From a virus: a DNA stretch of 64,000 nt. Below the pieces are notes generated by a model, which made no database searches, was not told the DNA's origin, and saw only the letters and a list, made by a program, of their open reading frames with translations. Below are positions 12,501 through 20,574 of the stretch, in pieces (the stretch's first letter is position 1; each line of letters starts with the position of its first letter). The position numbers and the translations under genes are program-made. The stretch is taken from positions 1-64,000 of the IMG/VR virus record IMGVR_UViG_3300047564_003843, one strand, 5' to 3'.

Positions 12501-15500
12501 CATCTACATCAATTGGAGGAGTAAATGTTGCAGCAGACTCTTTCTTTGCTGCATTGAACTCTGCATACTTCTCTTTGTATGCAGGGTCATCCTTCTTTGG
12601 ACGCTCGAGTGCTGGCTTCTTGCCTGGTTCTGGTAAATCAGATGCACCACGAATTACTTCGATAGGAGTGGTGCCCTTCCAAGTCTTTGTTTGAGACTGG
12701 TGACCTGGATAGTAACCTGTAACGACAGCATTACCAGTTTCATCAGTTGTTACATCTTGGACAATGAAATACTCGTAGAAGTCATTCTTTCCTTCTTTCT
12801 TGAAGGCAATGTCTCCTGGTTTTACTTCAGTTGCTCCAACCCCAACAACACCGACAGGTTTGCTTGGTGTGTAAACAGGAGCTTCAGATTCAGAAACCCA
12901 CTCTTCTAATCCTTCAGGAGCAGACCACATTTCTTTAGCTTGAGCAAGTTCTTCGTTGTATTTTTCAAAATCTGCTAAATATTGTTTTTGTGCAGCAGCA
13001 TCTTTAGGAACCCAAACTCCTTCAGGGTTCTTGTAAACCTTACCTTCAGGGTCATACTCTTTTGCCTTTGGTTTTGAAAGCACAGGCAAGTCACCCTTTG
13101 TTGGAGCATCTACATTTCTAAAGACAGAAATGTCAGTATCGTTGTTCCACAACTTAGTCTTTTGTGAGACGTGACCTGGATAGTAACCAGTAACCCATGA
13201 CTTACCTGGGAACTCAGAAGGTTCTACAGACTCAATTGTGAAGAAGTCATTTGTTGTGACATCTCCTGCTTTAAGTTCAGTAGTTTTAGCCTTTAACTTT
13301 GCTGGTCCTGTTGGTTCTCCAACTGCAACTCCGTCAACGGCTTCGGGTCCCTTTTCATCCGACGGAGCTTGTTCCGTGGTTTCGGTAGGCGCTTCTTGGG
13401 CAGGTTCTGGTGTGATTTCTTCTGTATCAGGTGCTTCTCCTTCTAGAGCGTCATTAATTTGCTCAGGAGTCAGTGCGTCTTCTTCTTGACCAGCGAAACC
13501 TTCATCATAGATTTCTTTGGTCAAAGCATTGGTGTCTTCACCTTGTAATTGCAGCGCATCACGAATTGCTTCGCCTGGAACATACGCTGAATACTCTTCA
13601 CCATCGTCGGTTTGTGTGCCAAGCATTCCATAACCAGGCATTTCATTTCCTGGCTCAAGAGCACGACGCAATTCGCCCTTCAAATCTTCCGTGTCGTAGT
13701 AATTAGCAATATCAACAGGGTCGTAATTAAATCCTTCAGGTGCATCTTCAGGAATTACGTATTGGTCTTTATCAAATGCTTCTGGAGAAAGCTCTGCGTA
13801 ATCTTCTGGAACATCAAAGGTGTCATTCTTTGGAAGATATTGCTTATACTCACCAGTCTTGGCGTAGTTATCCTTCTCATCGTCAGACAAACCTTCAAGA
13901 AGTGTAGGAAGCTCTGTTGGGTCTCCGCCTTCCATTTCTGGCACTTCTGGTAAGTCTTTACCAAGTTCATCTTTAACTTCATCAGAAACTTCTGGAGTTG
14001 CATCTTTCTTTCCATAAATACCATCAAGAATTGCATCAGCATCTTCACCCTGCTCTTTAAGAGCGTTGTAAATTGCTTCTGCTGGAACAATTTCATCTCC
14101 ATCTTCAAATGGCAAAGTTCCATAACCAGTTGCAGGAGATTTTTCTGTTCCCTTAACACCATCTTCTAGAGATTTCTCAAGAGTTGGAGTATCAAACTTC
14201 TGTGCAAGCTCTGCTGGGTCATCTGTAAAGTCAGAAGCTTCTTGTCCATCAATAGGGCCTTCAGGTGTGTATTCACCGCGGTCTACGTTGTAGTAACCAG
14301 GAGTTGGCTCAGCTGGTTTTTTACCGCTATCTTTTATTTGTTCAGGAAGATTTAATTTTGGTCCTACATCTAATTTTGCTTTTACTGCTGGCTCTTCTGT
14401 AGGAGCTTGTCCAGACGCATCGCGTTCTAACTCTCCAGTTTCAGCGTCAACTACAGAACCATCAGGAAGAAGAATGTGGTCCTTACTTGGGTCAAGTGGG
14501 AATAGCCCACCGTTTTCTTCGTAGTCCTTTAGATTCTTCTTATACTCTTTCATATTCTTCTTAAGGTTCTTCTTTGAAACCTTAGGAATTAATTCACCCT
14601 GAACTTCTGATGCAGGAGTTTCTTCTGGAGTATCTGGAGTTGGTTCTTCTCCTCCCTCATCTAGCATCTTTGCTGGATTTGGAAGTTCGCCCTTCTCAAA
14701 ATTAGGTTCGTCTTGTGAAATGTAATCTTGAACATCAGACCAACGCTGTGCAACAGCAAAAGGCTTGCTGTCATCTTCACCACGGCGAGATACAAAGTAA
14801 ACAGGAAGATTTGGGTCTAATGAACCATTCTTTCCTGCTCCTTCAGTAACAACATTCTGTCCTTCACCCTCGCGTTGCTGCGCTGCTTCAAACTTATCTT
14901 TTGCAGCAGCATTAGGTGTAGAAATTTTAATAACATCGTATGCATCATCTGTGTACTTAGTTCCAAGGTCAATCTTGGTTCCGTAATACTCTTTATCAAC
15001 GTCACTTGGAGACCAGCTCTCATCTTTACTAAATCCAGCAGGTGCATCAATCTTTACAAGATCAGCTTCCTCGATAACTGGGTCACCAGTTTTTACCTTT
15101 GCTGCAGTCTTGCTGTATCCATCTGGACCCTGAGCAGACTTAAGAATTGCCTTAACACCTTCAGCAGACTTTGCAGGGACGCGAACTAAATCACCATTTG
15201 GTAATTCCATATCGAAGGTATCGCTACCTTCATCAGTTGCTACAGCACGACCACTAAGAGATTGAACTGCTCCACTAATACGACGAATAAGTGCACGTAG
15301 ACCGCCACCCATCTCAGCAAAGCGACCCTTACGGTCACGGCGCTGACGCATAGCACGAGCACGACGGGCTGCAGGAGAGTTTCCATCTCCTAGAGCAGCA
15401 AGAAGTGCATACTGAGGCACAGAGCCTTGAGGCATTGATTGCAAGCGAGCAATAGAGTATTCATACTCAGGTGAAGCTGGATGTGCTGTTAAAGCAGAAG

Positions 15501-15951
15501 AAAGAATTGAACGAACAGTATCGTCTTGAATATTTGGGTCATCAATAATCCAACGAGCACGGTGCTTCATTACCTCTGCAGCGCTGAGCTCATGCTTGCG
15601 AGTTGAACGTGGGTGTGAAATAGGAAGTAAGTCTGTATTTTCAGGAGAGACGGAAAAAACCTTGTTGTACTGAGCAAGTTGGATATAACCATTAAGCTCT
15701 TTTAAAGTGCGCATACGGCGCAGCGAATAAGTTTCGTTCTCATACTTAGATAAGCAACGAGTCATAACAGACTTAGCGGCTCTACGAGTAATAAGTCTTG
15801 AACCAGAGAATTTAGTGTTTGCAGATTTAACTATGTCAAAACCTGCTTCTAGGATTCTTTCATTCTGTTGTTCTAGAGAAAGAGTCTTAACTTTCTTCTT
15901 TGCAATAGCAATAGCAGCTTGCTGCTTAGGTGTCTTTGAATACTTGGCCAT
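6550..15951 (-). CDS. Giant polyvalent virion protein (DEDDh exonuclease + MutT3-like Nudix + HipA/PI-kinase-like + WYL + putative ADP-ribosyltransferase, with SH3-like repeats)
   Basis: DEDDh: HLDFESTG/AHNMPFD/HDASVD. Nudix: RFWGKYGAGG..WGIPGG..EEFMEEVG. Kinase-like: GSNQG..YYVK..NE..NYDV..DNIL..RVDAG. WYL: KIAFKYNGKERVVTP. ART-like: IVH..GGIYAT..NYVF..GELMFK. Confidence 0.75.
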   Translation of the reverse strand: MAKYSKTPKQQAAIAIAKKKVKTLSLEQQNERILEAGFDIVKSANTKFSGSRLITRRAAKSVMTRCLSKYENETYSLRRMRTLKELNGYIQLAQYNKVFSVSPENTDLLPISHPRSTRKHELSAAEVMKHRARWIIDDPNIQDDTVRSILSSALTAHPASPEYEYSIARLQSMPQGSVPQYALLAALGDGNSPAARRARAMRQRRDRKGRFAEMGGGLRALIRRISGAVQSLSGRAVATDEGSDTFDMELPNGDLVRVPAKSAEGVKAILKSAQGPDGYSKTAAKVKTGDPVIEEADLVKIDAPAGFSKDESWSPSDVDKEYYGTKIDLGTKYTDDAYDVIKISTPNAAAKDKFEAAQQREGEGQNVVTEGAGKNGSLDPNLPVYFVSRRGEDDSKPFAVAQRWSDVQDYISQDEPNFEKGELPNPAKMLDEGGEEPTPDTPEETPASEVQGELIPKVSKKNLKKNMKEYKKNLKDYEENGGLFPLDPSKDHILLPDGSVVDAETGELERDASGQAPTEEPAVKAKLDVGPKLNLPEQIKDSGKKPAEPTPGYYNVDRGEYTPEGPIDGQEASDFTDDPAELAQKFDTPTLEKSLEDGVKGTEKSPATGYGTLPFEDGDEIVPAEAIYNALKEQGEDADAILDGIYGKKDATPEVSDEVKDELGKDLPEVPEMEGGDPTELPTLLEGLSDDEKDNYAKTGEYKQYLPKNDTFDVPEDYAELSPEAFDKDQYVIPEDAPEGFNYDPVDIANYYDTEDLKGELRRALEPGNEMPGYGMLGTQTDDGEEYSAYVPGEAIRDALQLQGEDTNALTKEIYDEGFAGQEEDALTPEQINDALEGEAPDTEEITPEPAQEAPTETTEQAPSDEKGPEAVDGVAVGEPTGPAKLKAKTTELKAGDVTTNDFFTIESVEPSEFPGKSWVTGYYPGHVSQKTKLWNNDTDISVFRNVDAPTKGDLPVLSKPKAKEYDPEGKVYKNPEGVWVPKDAAAQKQYLADFEKYNEELAQAKEMWSAPEGLEEWVSESEAPVYTPSKPVGVVGVGATEVKPGDIAFKKEGKNDFYEYFIVQDVTTDETGNAVVTGYYPGHQSQTKTWKGTTPIEVIRGASDLPEPGKKPALERPKKDDPAYKEKYAEFNAAKKESAATFTPPIDVDALPPKPKKVSRPTPPAFMGDKLKAIAAEANGDPVKFKELLANEEVVHLDFESTGGFTSPSPIQVSMTKVKNGEIIEEKTLFMNPEQPLDSFYTDKDPSEVLKDSDGNPISDEFLSKQMSQADAFKEISDFLGADPIVSAHNMPFDGEILRRKMAEYGLDYKPAGEIDTLSLARKVINGSAGDHKLEAVANRYGLAEPNTDWHDASVDVAVLPGILNNLLDEMAVTKSGIDVLDLEKSSADYDKAKAEYDAYKSGKSKADSELVMSKTFADGMAGKDVPETDALVKAMPKDKPTSDEVSPSTSAKPTELSDGDFQVESVLGGNVSNNWVSDPENTTNVGAIAVEEWQPGDFIKAKHDGFHEIISITPIEGDDKRVLVKRRLLANGKEYESAWVKYQAYEVWRRNGEPEAVPAPEPELEQPQLEIDEAPEKEANAGKWNDYTIAEGTDGVFYAENISAADVQALKAGTLTPPKLPFFAPLGGGNNQETGEGYFFTTDGKRFWGKYGAGGALIRRKNADGEYEYFLAKRSSSLSQGGGKWGIPGGAHKDQTIAKAPNATAKEEFMEEVGGDISALEPIYVDTNKVGAEWAYETSVFEVGPDQYNDLSSKDGENTATGWFTGDQINKMSDAGMLHSDFADSFPNIVSNLEDEDAKTDKPIPAEEVSPEDVSSVFDTSKWKKVAGQAGSNQGAFYIDPDTGNQYYVKKPKSDKHAENEILGGALYEEAGVSFGRAYKGVDKNGNTVLVSPIKQGEILGTSPSSELKKKVQEDFAIDAWVGNYDVTGLGGDNILVDSDNNIIRVDAGGSLLFRAQGGTDKEFGPEATQIDSMRSSKAMSNALTVEMFGSMSDEEIAESVKKVQAVTPEKIDEIVDAAISDPEVADSLKETLKARREYLINRFLGEKPAEEPVEEDKPVVDSNTVVIDSSGDIEAQISAAQASGKKIAFKYNGKERVVTPKGVWKNPQNGNINLSAIGEDGVKKNYTLSKFEQSGSTASEAPEAAPTPEKELPQAPEAAQIDPAEKQKVLDEVSALAEKLFGNKGKTKDLLESLKGQDGANTDLIDSILEDINTPSAPADATPEEKIQSDLSQALTPDEDAAPEDEVAPIDPVALAEELKKPLDPDLIWAKVKDEKGISVLENGDIVVAENVTPAGSTIYTMVKRNADNTFSVYHRIKGNDGTSRVKTLAGRWHSYTALSSRIENEKWKAKITPSKVISKSKPETPGTIAPSAIPTKKGAYVSADGKTPIKVGMIVKDTKTGKIGKVVSLKDELVTSKSKSNPQGYTYTDVAKVQWEDGKKNWKVSTYLDIQDTSGVKPDKPEDDGPTGGGGGTPTTPKTPSSPAPVNSTEPKVELPKYEGADLAGATSIKDVEAKAVDKNSIGHLASYGANDYSDYKQFLQGELIKDPNSKNMAPGILVQNANPNDSDQDLTSYGVISKQDAKTGDIEVSYFDGPLAGQTKSTKSDKIWSREKFITPEQAKELDIEIDQTLFDKSKAAAKAKGELYAKQQAEKLKKAQQAAEAKALKDKFTVNGPGFAIQTLDAAPDYSVSPHPSVPSLVDALKMANNDNPAEAANGSTTLLDSDSIEDLEVHVGMVTDKDGQKKIRLQFTLTSWAGKQVTSKADSDPNITKTKALRLDKWKKQPDGSVVWQDTWDTSTVDSNKNGVTFEGPAGKGTFLLHRASKSIDDTEVDFFKYHSSSPYAVSFHNKAEIYLPADATPEDVAEALNSLGGISQVRPALESDVRGVIENKMIWLLGAATDGKKNYAGELRQKTLDIIKEEYGFTADDVEIVADPLARGRINYYMPEAAVEKLMEKTGFSPHIVHNWKGGDQTNTVDWFYDVITSGGIYATATRWMNGINKSGMSSSSDIDANGGNYVFASPSSKGSSTSSNLAFYFNSKSVLRRLDYYKNNSDKYGQLQSDSEDIVESLSNNYGELMFKKNLSWADLSSISMPTAIREKLIERLMSEGKTDLADIVAGKKKKKGAKK

Positions 15952-15953
15952 TG

Positions 15954-17300
15954 CTAGCTCTTCCTTTTCGGCAGAAGGTCGGAATCCATGCTGTCGTATG
16001 TCATTGTTGCAAGAACAGCTGCTCGCTTAAATGGGTTTTCATTGTTGCGAACTGCACGAAGCCAAGATGCACGGAATGCAGACTCTGCTTCATAACCTAG
16101 ACCTGCAAATTCTGTCATAGCAAAGATTGCTTGTTCTGGAGTTTCATAATCTAACTCGGACTTCAACTCAACATTAAGTTCTGCATCTGCTTCAGCGGAT
16201 GCAAGTAAAAGCTCAAGGTCTTCTTCATCGCGAACAGGAACGTCATAACCTGACACTGCACCCTCTGGTAGAACAGCAAAGCGGCATTTGCCATCTGCTT
16301 CAACCTCAAGGGAGATAATCTGGCACTTATTTGGGCCTTGGAAAAATACGCAGTTTGAACACTTAACTCCGATGTCTTTAACTTCGTTCTCATAAGCAGG
16401 TGTGTAACCAGCCCACACTCCGTCACCATCTTGGTCAAATGGTCCATGCTTTCGAGTAATTGCAATAAGCGCATCTGCTAAATCTTGCTCTTCTGGAATT
16501 AAACCTGAAGCGATAATTGTAGAAGCGTTCTTCTTTGAAGAACGTGGGTGTGCTGCTGGTAGTAAATCGTTATCTGCTTTGTATGCAGAGTTCTTTGGCT
16601 TGCCAGACTTAAGTAGGCGCAAGAATGCATTTACACGACCCATTGCCCATTGGTTGCGAGTCATTCCTGGACGATGTGAAACAGAGTAGGCACCAGCACC
16701 ACGGCGATATACAGCTTTTAGGGTTGAGACAGAAGTCTTGCGACCTTTTGGAGCTTTCTCATTGTGCTCTTCTACCTTCTTGCGAAGAGACGATTCAATT
16801 GCTGGAGTAAAAGTGATTTTCTTTCCACCTGAAGCTGAGCCTTTTGAATTCTTGTCAGAACCTTTGACACGGTCTTTCTTTGGTGCAGGTGTTTGAGAGA
16901 TTGTTTTTTTCTTTTTTGTTGCAGAAGCTGTTACAGGACCACCAGAAACCCAAGCGCGGCAAGTCCTAGCACTAGCGCACTTAAAATCAAACGCTTCGCA
17001 ATATCCGAGGTCACCAGCTTCTTGAATTGAATCGTATTTATCATTTTGTTCTCCTGTGAGTCCACTGGCAATGCAGTCCAGCATCTCTGGAGTCTGAATA
17101 AAGACAGCACAGTTACCACAACGTTGTTTCTTTGCTGTCTCAGCGTCTACTTGCCATTCGTCAGCAAGTGCTTGCCAATACTCATCGTTTGGTTCTGTTG
17201 GATTAAGTGGACCGTACATTGCAGTATCAATTGCTTTTTTACGGTTATCAAGATTAAGAGCAACATCTTGTGTTGCAGGGGGGCAAGTTTCTTCAGCCAT
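15954..17300 (-). CDS. Cys-rich multi-domain head-module protein (two HiPIP-like CxxC..C..C domains and a DLLPxxHPRS domain)
   Basis: RCGNCAVF..GYCEAFDFKCASARTCRAW; LKAVYRRGAGAY..QWAMGRVNAF..DNDLLPAAHPRS; KCSNCVFFQGPNKCQ..GKCRF. Confidence 0.6.
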   Translation of the reverse strand: MAEETCPPATQDVALNLDNRKKAIDTAMYGPLNPTEPNDEYWQALADEWQVDAETAKKQRCGNCAVFIQTPEMLDCIASGLTGEQNDKYDSIQEAGDLGYCEAFDFKCASARTCRAWVSGGPVTASATKKKKTISQTPAPKKDRVKGSDKNSKGSASGGKKITFTPAIESSLRKKVEEHNEKAPKGRKTSVSTLKAVYRRGAGAYSVSHRPGMTRNQWAMGRVNAFLRLLKSGKPKNSAYKADNDLLPAAHPRSSKKNASTIIASGLIPEEQDLADALIAITRKHGPFDQDGDGVWAGYTPAYENEVKDIGVKCSNCVFFQGPNKCQIISLEVEADGKCRFAVLPEGAVSGYDVPVRDEEDLELLLASAEADAELNVELKSELDYETPEQAIFAMTEFAGLGYEAESAFRASWLRAVRNNENPFKRAAVLATMTYDSMDSDLLPKRKS

Positions 17301-19084
17301 TATTGCTGAACCTCCTCAGTTGGGGGTACTGCCTCCTCGGTGGGTGTTTCAGTCGCTGGTGTCGTTTCGGTTGGTTGAGTTTGACCAATTGCACCGTCAA
17401 GAAGAGTTTGTAACTCTGGAGACATTGGTGCAACGGAATTTTCTTGACTTACTTGCTGAACTGCTTGCATAACTTCAGGCGCTACTGCTTTGAGCATTGC
17501 TTCTGTAAGTTCTGGAGTAATTGCTCCACGCTCTTGTAGAAGTCGAAGTGCAACTTCTGTTGGAGTAGGTGCATCTTGGTCTGAGAAACCATGAGCACGA
17601 CGCCATGTGTCTCCTGAGATTGCCATACGGTCAAATCCTGAATCAGCATCTGCTGCACGGTCATTGCGTGTTGAAACTGCTGATGGGTCATACCAAACAA
17701 CAATTCGATTTACTTCAGACTCAGTGAAACCATTAGCCATCAAATATGGACGTAGGTAAACAACTGTTAGAGCATCTGAAATCAAAAGCATCAATGGCTC
17801 GATGTGTGCCTTGTAAAGTGATTCATCAATTTGCATTGCATTTGAATACTTAACATTTGCAAGACCTGTAACGATGTCCTTTGGAACATCTAGTCCCTGA
17901 AGAATGCGCTCTAGTACACGGTCAGAACGTTCTGCAAGTGATGGGTCAAAAGAACGCTCAAACTTGAACTGCTTAATCTTGTCGCCAAGTTCTGCAGGAC
18001 CACGAATGATGAGAGGAACAACAGCGCTCGCAGATTCTTCATCGCGAATCGGAGTTGTCATCGCATCAATAAGTTGTTCTTCGAATTCGTCTTCTGCTTC
18101 TTCAGCTGTGAAGCCCGCTCCCATTCCGTCTTCAGAATCGTATGGATAGTTAGGGTCTGCTTGTGCAGCAACAGAAAGTCCGTCTGGAAGATAAAGTGCT
18201 CCTGCATTGAGACGAGAACGTGCAGTTGCACGGAATGTTCTGTTGAGGAGAAGAAGTTCAGCACACATATCAAGCAAACCACGAAGTGATGAATCAGCTT
18301 CGTCGGAATAACGAGGATGTGAACGCCAGATGCGTCCTACGAATGCATTCTTATTAAGTTTGCTTACTCCAAAAGCAGAACCGCCACCTTGTCCTGCACC
18401 TTGTTCGCGGCGACCAATAACATTAAATCCACCACGAGCATCTGTTACTACTTCGTCAACAGAACGAATGTCCCAAGACTCAGGAACACCACTTCCTGTG
18501 CGAGCTGGCATTTGTACCAAGTAGCACTCGCCAGCGACTGAAAGATTGAGAGCTGCATCTTTAAGAAGACCTGCTTGACCGCCATATGCAGAGTTTAGAC
18601 GATCTAGAGCACGCTCTGCTGCAGATGCAAGACGTTCTTCAACTACTCGAGATTCATTTACAGAAACTGGAGCTTGTGAAGGATCATCAATTGCTGCTGC
18701 ATAAATACGAATACGAGATACAACAGAGGCAACTAAGTTAAATGCGTATTTGATTTCTCCAATTGCATCGTAATATTCCCATGCTTCTGCTTGCCATGCA
18801 GAGGAAGAAGCGGAACGACGATTTTTAAATTGCTCGAACTCGCCTTTGTCATTTACTTTGACTTGGACTGCTGCTGCAGTCATAGAGCGAGGAGTGTTGT
18901 ATGAAAGTGGAGCTGGAGAATTCGGTGAACTAAAGACTGAAAGAATTCCTGTTGATTGCGGAGTAGTTTTTGGCGCAACAACTTGACGGGAACGAGTGGT
19001 ACGCGTACGGCGACTAGAACGTGGTTTCTTAATTTCAGAGACGACTGGTTCTTGTGCTGGTTCTTCTTTTTTGAATACCGCCAC
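17300..19084 (-). CDS. Portal protein (actinobacteriophage cluster-B-like)
   Basis: 594 aa; WQAEAWEYYDAIGEIKY, LNLSVAGECYL, RIWRSHPR..EADS and SAVVPLIIRGP motifs typical of this portal family; first gene of the head module. Confidence 0.8.
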   Translation of the reverse strand: MAVFKKEEPAQEPVVSEIKKPRSSRRTRTTRSRQVVAPKTTPQSTGILSVFSSPNSPAPLSYNTPRSMTAAAVQVKVNDKGEFEQFKNRRSASSSAWQAEAWEYYDAIGEIKYAFNLVASVVSRIRIYAAAIDDPSQAPVSVNESRVVEERLASAAERALDRLNSAYGGQAGLLKDAALNLSVAGECYLVQMPARTGSGVPESWDIRSVDEVVTDARGGFNVIGRREQGAGQGGGSAFGVSKLNKNAFVGRIWRSHPRYSDEADSSLRGLLDMCAELLLLNRTFRATARSRLNAGALYLPDGLSVAAQADPNYPYDSEDGMGAGFTAEEAEDEFEEQLIDAMTTPIRDEESASAVVPLIIRGPAELGDKIKQFKFERSFDPSLAERSDRVLERILQGLDVPKDIVTGLANVKYSNAMQIDESLYKAHIEPLMLLISDALTVVYLRPYLMANGFTESEVNRIVVWYDPSAVSTRNDRAADADSGFDRMAISGDTWRRAHGFSDQDAPTPTEVALRLLQERGAITPELTEAMLKAVAPEVMQAVQQVSQENSVAPMSPELQTLLDGAIGQTQPTETTPATETPTEEAVPPTEEVQQ

Positions 19085-19117
19085 TGTCTAACCCTTCACT
19101 TTGTTACGGAGCATGAG

Positions 19118-19402
19118 CTATTTGTCCTCATACGCAGTCAACAGTCCTGCTACCGCTGACAGTGCGAATGGCACTAAAAGGATAACAGTTACTGATGTAA
19201 TCATAAAGCATCCGTAGATAAGTGATGCTGTCCAAATCGACATACACCACTCGCAGGTAAACAGATAACCTAGCTTTGATGACTCTGGAGGACGCTTTTT
19301 CCAGACTCTAGCCCTAATAGGCTCGGTAATAACGTCCCGCGTTATTAGTCTGGTAATTCGGAAGGTCGCAAGAGCAAGAACTGTAAACTCAAATAATTCC
19401 AC
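19118..19402 (-). CDS. DUF1360-family membrane protein
   Basis: LATFRITRLITRDVITEPIR..LFTCEWCMSIW; GTG start after GGAGG; directly upstream of portal. Confidence 0.75.
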   Translation of the reverse strand: MELFEFTVLALATFRITRLITRDVITEPIRARVWKKRPPESSKLGYLFTCEWCMSIWTASLIYGCFMITSVTVILLVPFALSAVAGLLTAYEDK

Positions 19403-19760
19403 TTGGGTCCTCCGTAGAAGCAACAATACCGTTGAATGGGTTCCAACCCCTCAACCGAGAGCCACAACCGCAATTGGTGTCCTTTATGAAGGCCAGCATC
19501 TTGCCTGATTCGGTTTTTACCCTGTCCAAGCCTTTTTCATTAATCATTTCAACTATCTTTTCCCGAAACACAAGTTGCGGACCTTCTGGAGAATCCACAG
19601 CTATCAAAACTGTCTCATTCAAAACTACAACCCTGCAACGGTCCAATTTCCTAGTCCCTTGGGGCATATCTCCCTTGACACTGGTCATGCTTAGTTCGGA
19701 AAGGGCGCCCGGAGAAATGAGTTTTACGATTGCTGGAAAGACATCTAACTGCTTTTTCAT
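19389..19760 (-). CDS. Hypothetical protein (CGCGS motif)
   Basis: 123-aa ORF in a coupled operon. Confidence 0.6.
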   Translation of the reverse strand: MKKQLDVFPAIVKLISPGALSELSMTSVKGDMPQGTRKLDRCRVVVLNETVLIAVDSPEGPQLVFREKIVEMINEKGLDRVKTESGKMLAFIKDTNCGCGSRLRGWNPFNGIVASTEDPSGII

Positions 19761-20083
19761 TGTTCCTCAACATATTCGGTTGGTACATAAAAGTTTTCCC
19801 AGCCTAAAGCTGATTTAGCAATAGGCATTGGAACTATTAAAGGGTGGCTTCGAGTGCTTTGGGAGATAAGGTCAAAAACCTCTTGAACGCTAGAAACAAA
19901 AGTTGCATTACTCCACTCCCTGTTTTTCTTTAAATAGGTAGCAGGAAAAACAATCGGTAGGGTTGAATCCTCTGTAGTCATAGTCTCAAGGGCTCTGCCT
20001 CTACCTTTTGGGTTAGACCAAACAACAATTGCCAACTCAGAAGGAGCGTAGGAGCCAGTTTTATTCTTGAAGGTTGTATTCAT
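19757..20083 (-). CDS. Hypothetical protein
   Basis: 108-aa ORF with ATGA overlaps on both sides. Confidence 0.6.
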   Translation of the reverse strand: MNTTFKNKTGSYAPSELAIVVWSNPKGRGRALETMTTEDSTLPIVFPATYLKKNREWSNATFVSSVQEVFDLISQSTRSHPLIVPMPIAKSALGWENFYVPTEYVEEQ

Positions 20084-20574
20084 CTACTAATCCTTCGAAT
20101 CATAGCTCTGTAAGAGACACCAGCGGAATCCGCCAACGCCTGAGCAGGAACGCCCATTGTGTAGAGGGTTTTAACCATAACAGTCAGTTGGTCATTGGCA
20201 AGAGCCACAGGGTGCCCTGCAGGAGTCTTAGCCCTGTAAAGACGTGCCTGTAGAGATAACTGTTTAATCTCGTTCTTAAGGTGTTCAGGGACGCCAGGAG
20301 AGATAGTCCTGACTCGAGGGGCAGTCTTAGTTGGAACGCTAGTTGTTAGAGAGCGGGGTGGCGGTGAGGGGACCTGCCTATGTTGTTGCTCAGGGGTGGC
20401 TCGTTTGACCCAGAAGTGGATTGTGGTCTTAGGGCGTTGAGGAACGAGAGAGGACCCGATTGATTGTAGGGACCAGCCAACCTCCCACAAAGCTCGCATG
20501 CGAGACTCAGCTTGCGGGCGCGGTAAGGATTGGATGAAGGTGACTTCATCTAAAGGAAGAGTTGGGATTTCCAC
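20080..20574 (-). CDS. Putative DNA-binding protein with two HTH-like segments
   Basis: GWSLQSIGSSL..KTTIHFWV and GVPAQALADSAGVSYRAMIRRI; leaderless start (TACACT-6nt-GTG). Confidence 0.55.
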   Translation of the reverse strand: MEIPTLPLDEVTFIQSLPRPQAESRMRALWEVGWSLQSIGSSLVPQRPKTTIHFWVKRATPEQQHRQVPSPPPRSLTTSVPTKTAPRVRTISPGVPEHLKNEIKQLSLQARLYRAKTPAGHPVALANDQLTVMVKTLYTMGVPAQALADSAGVSYRAMIRRISR

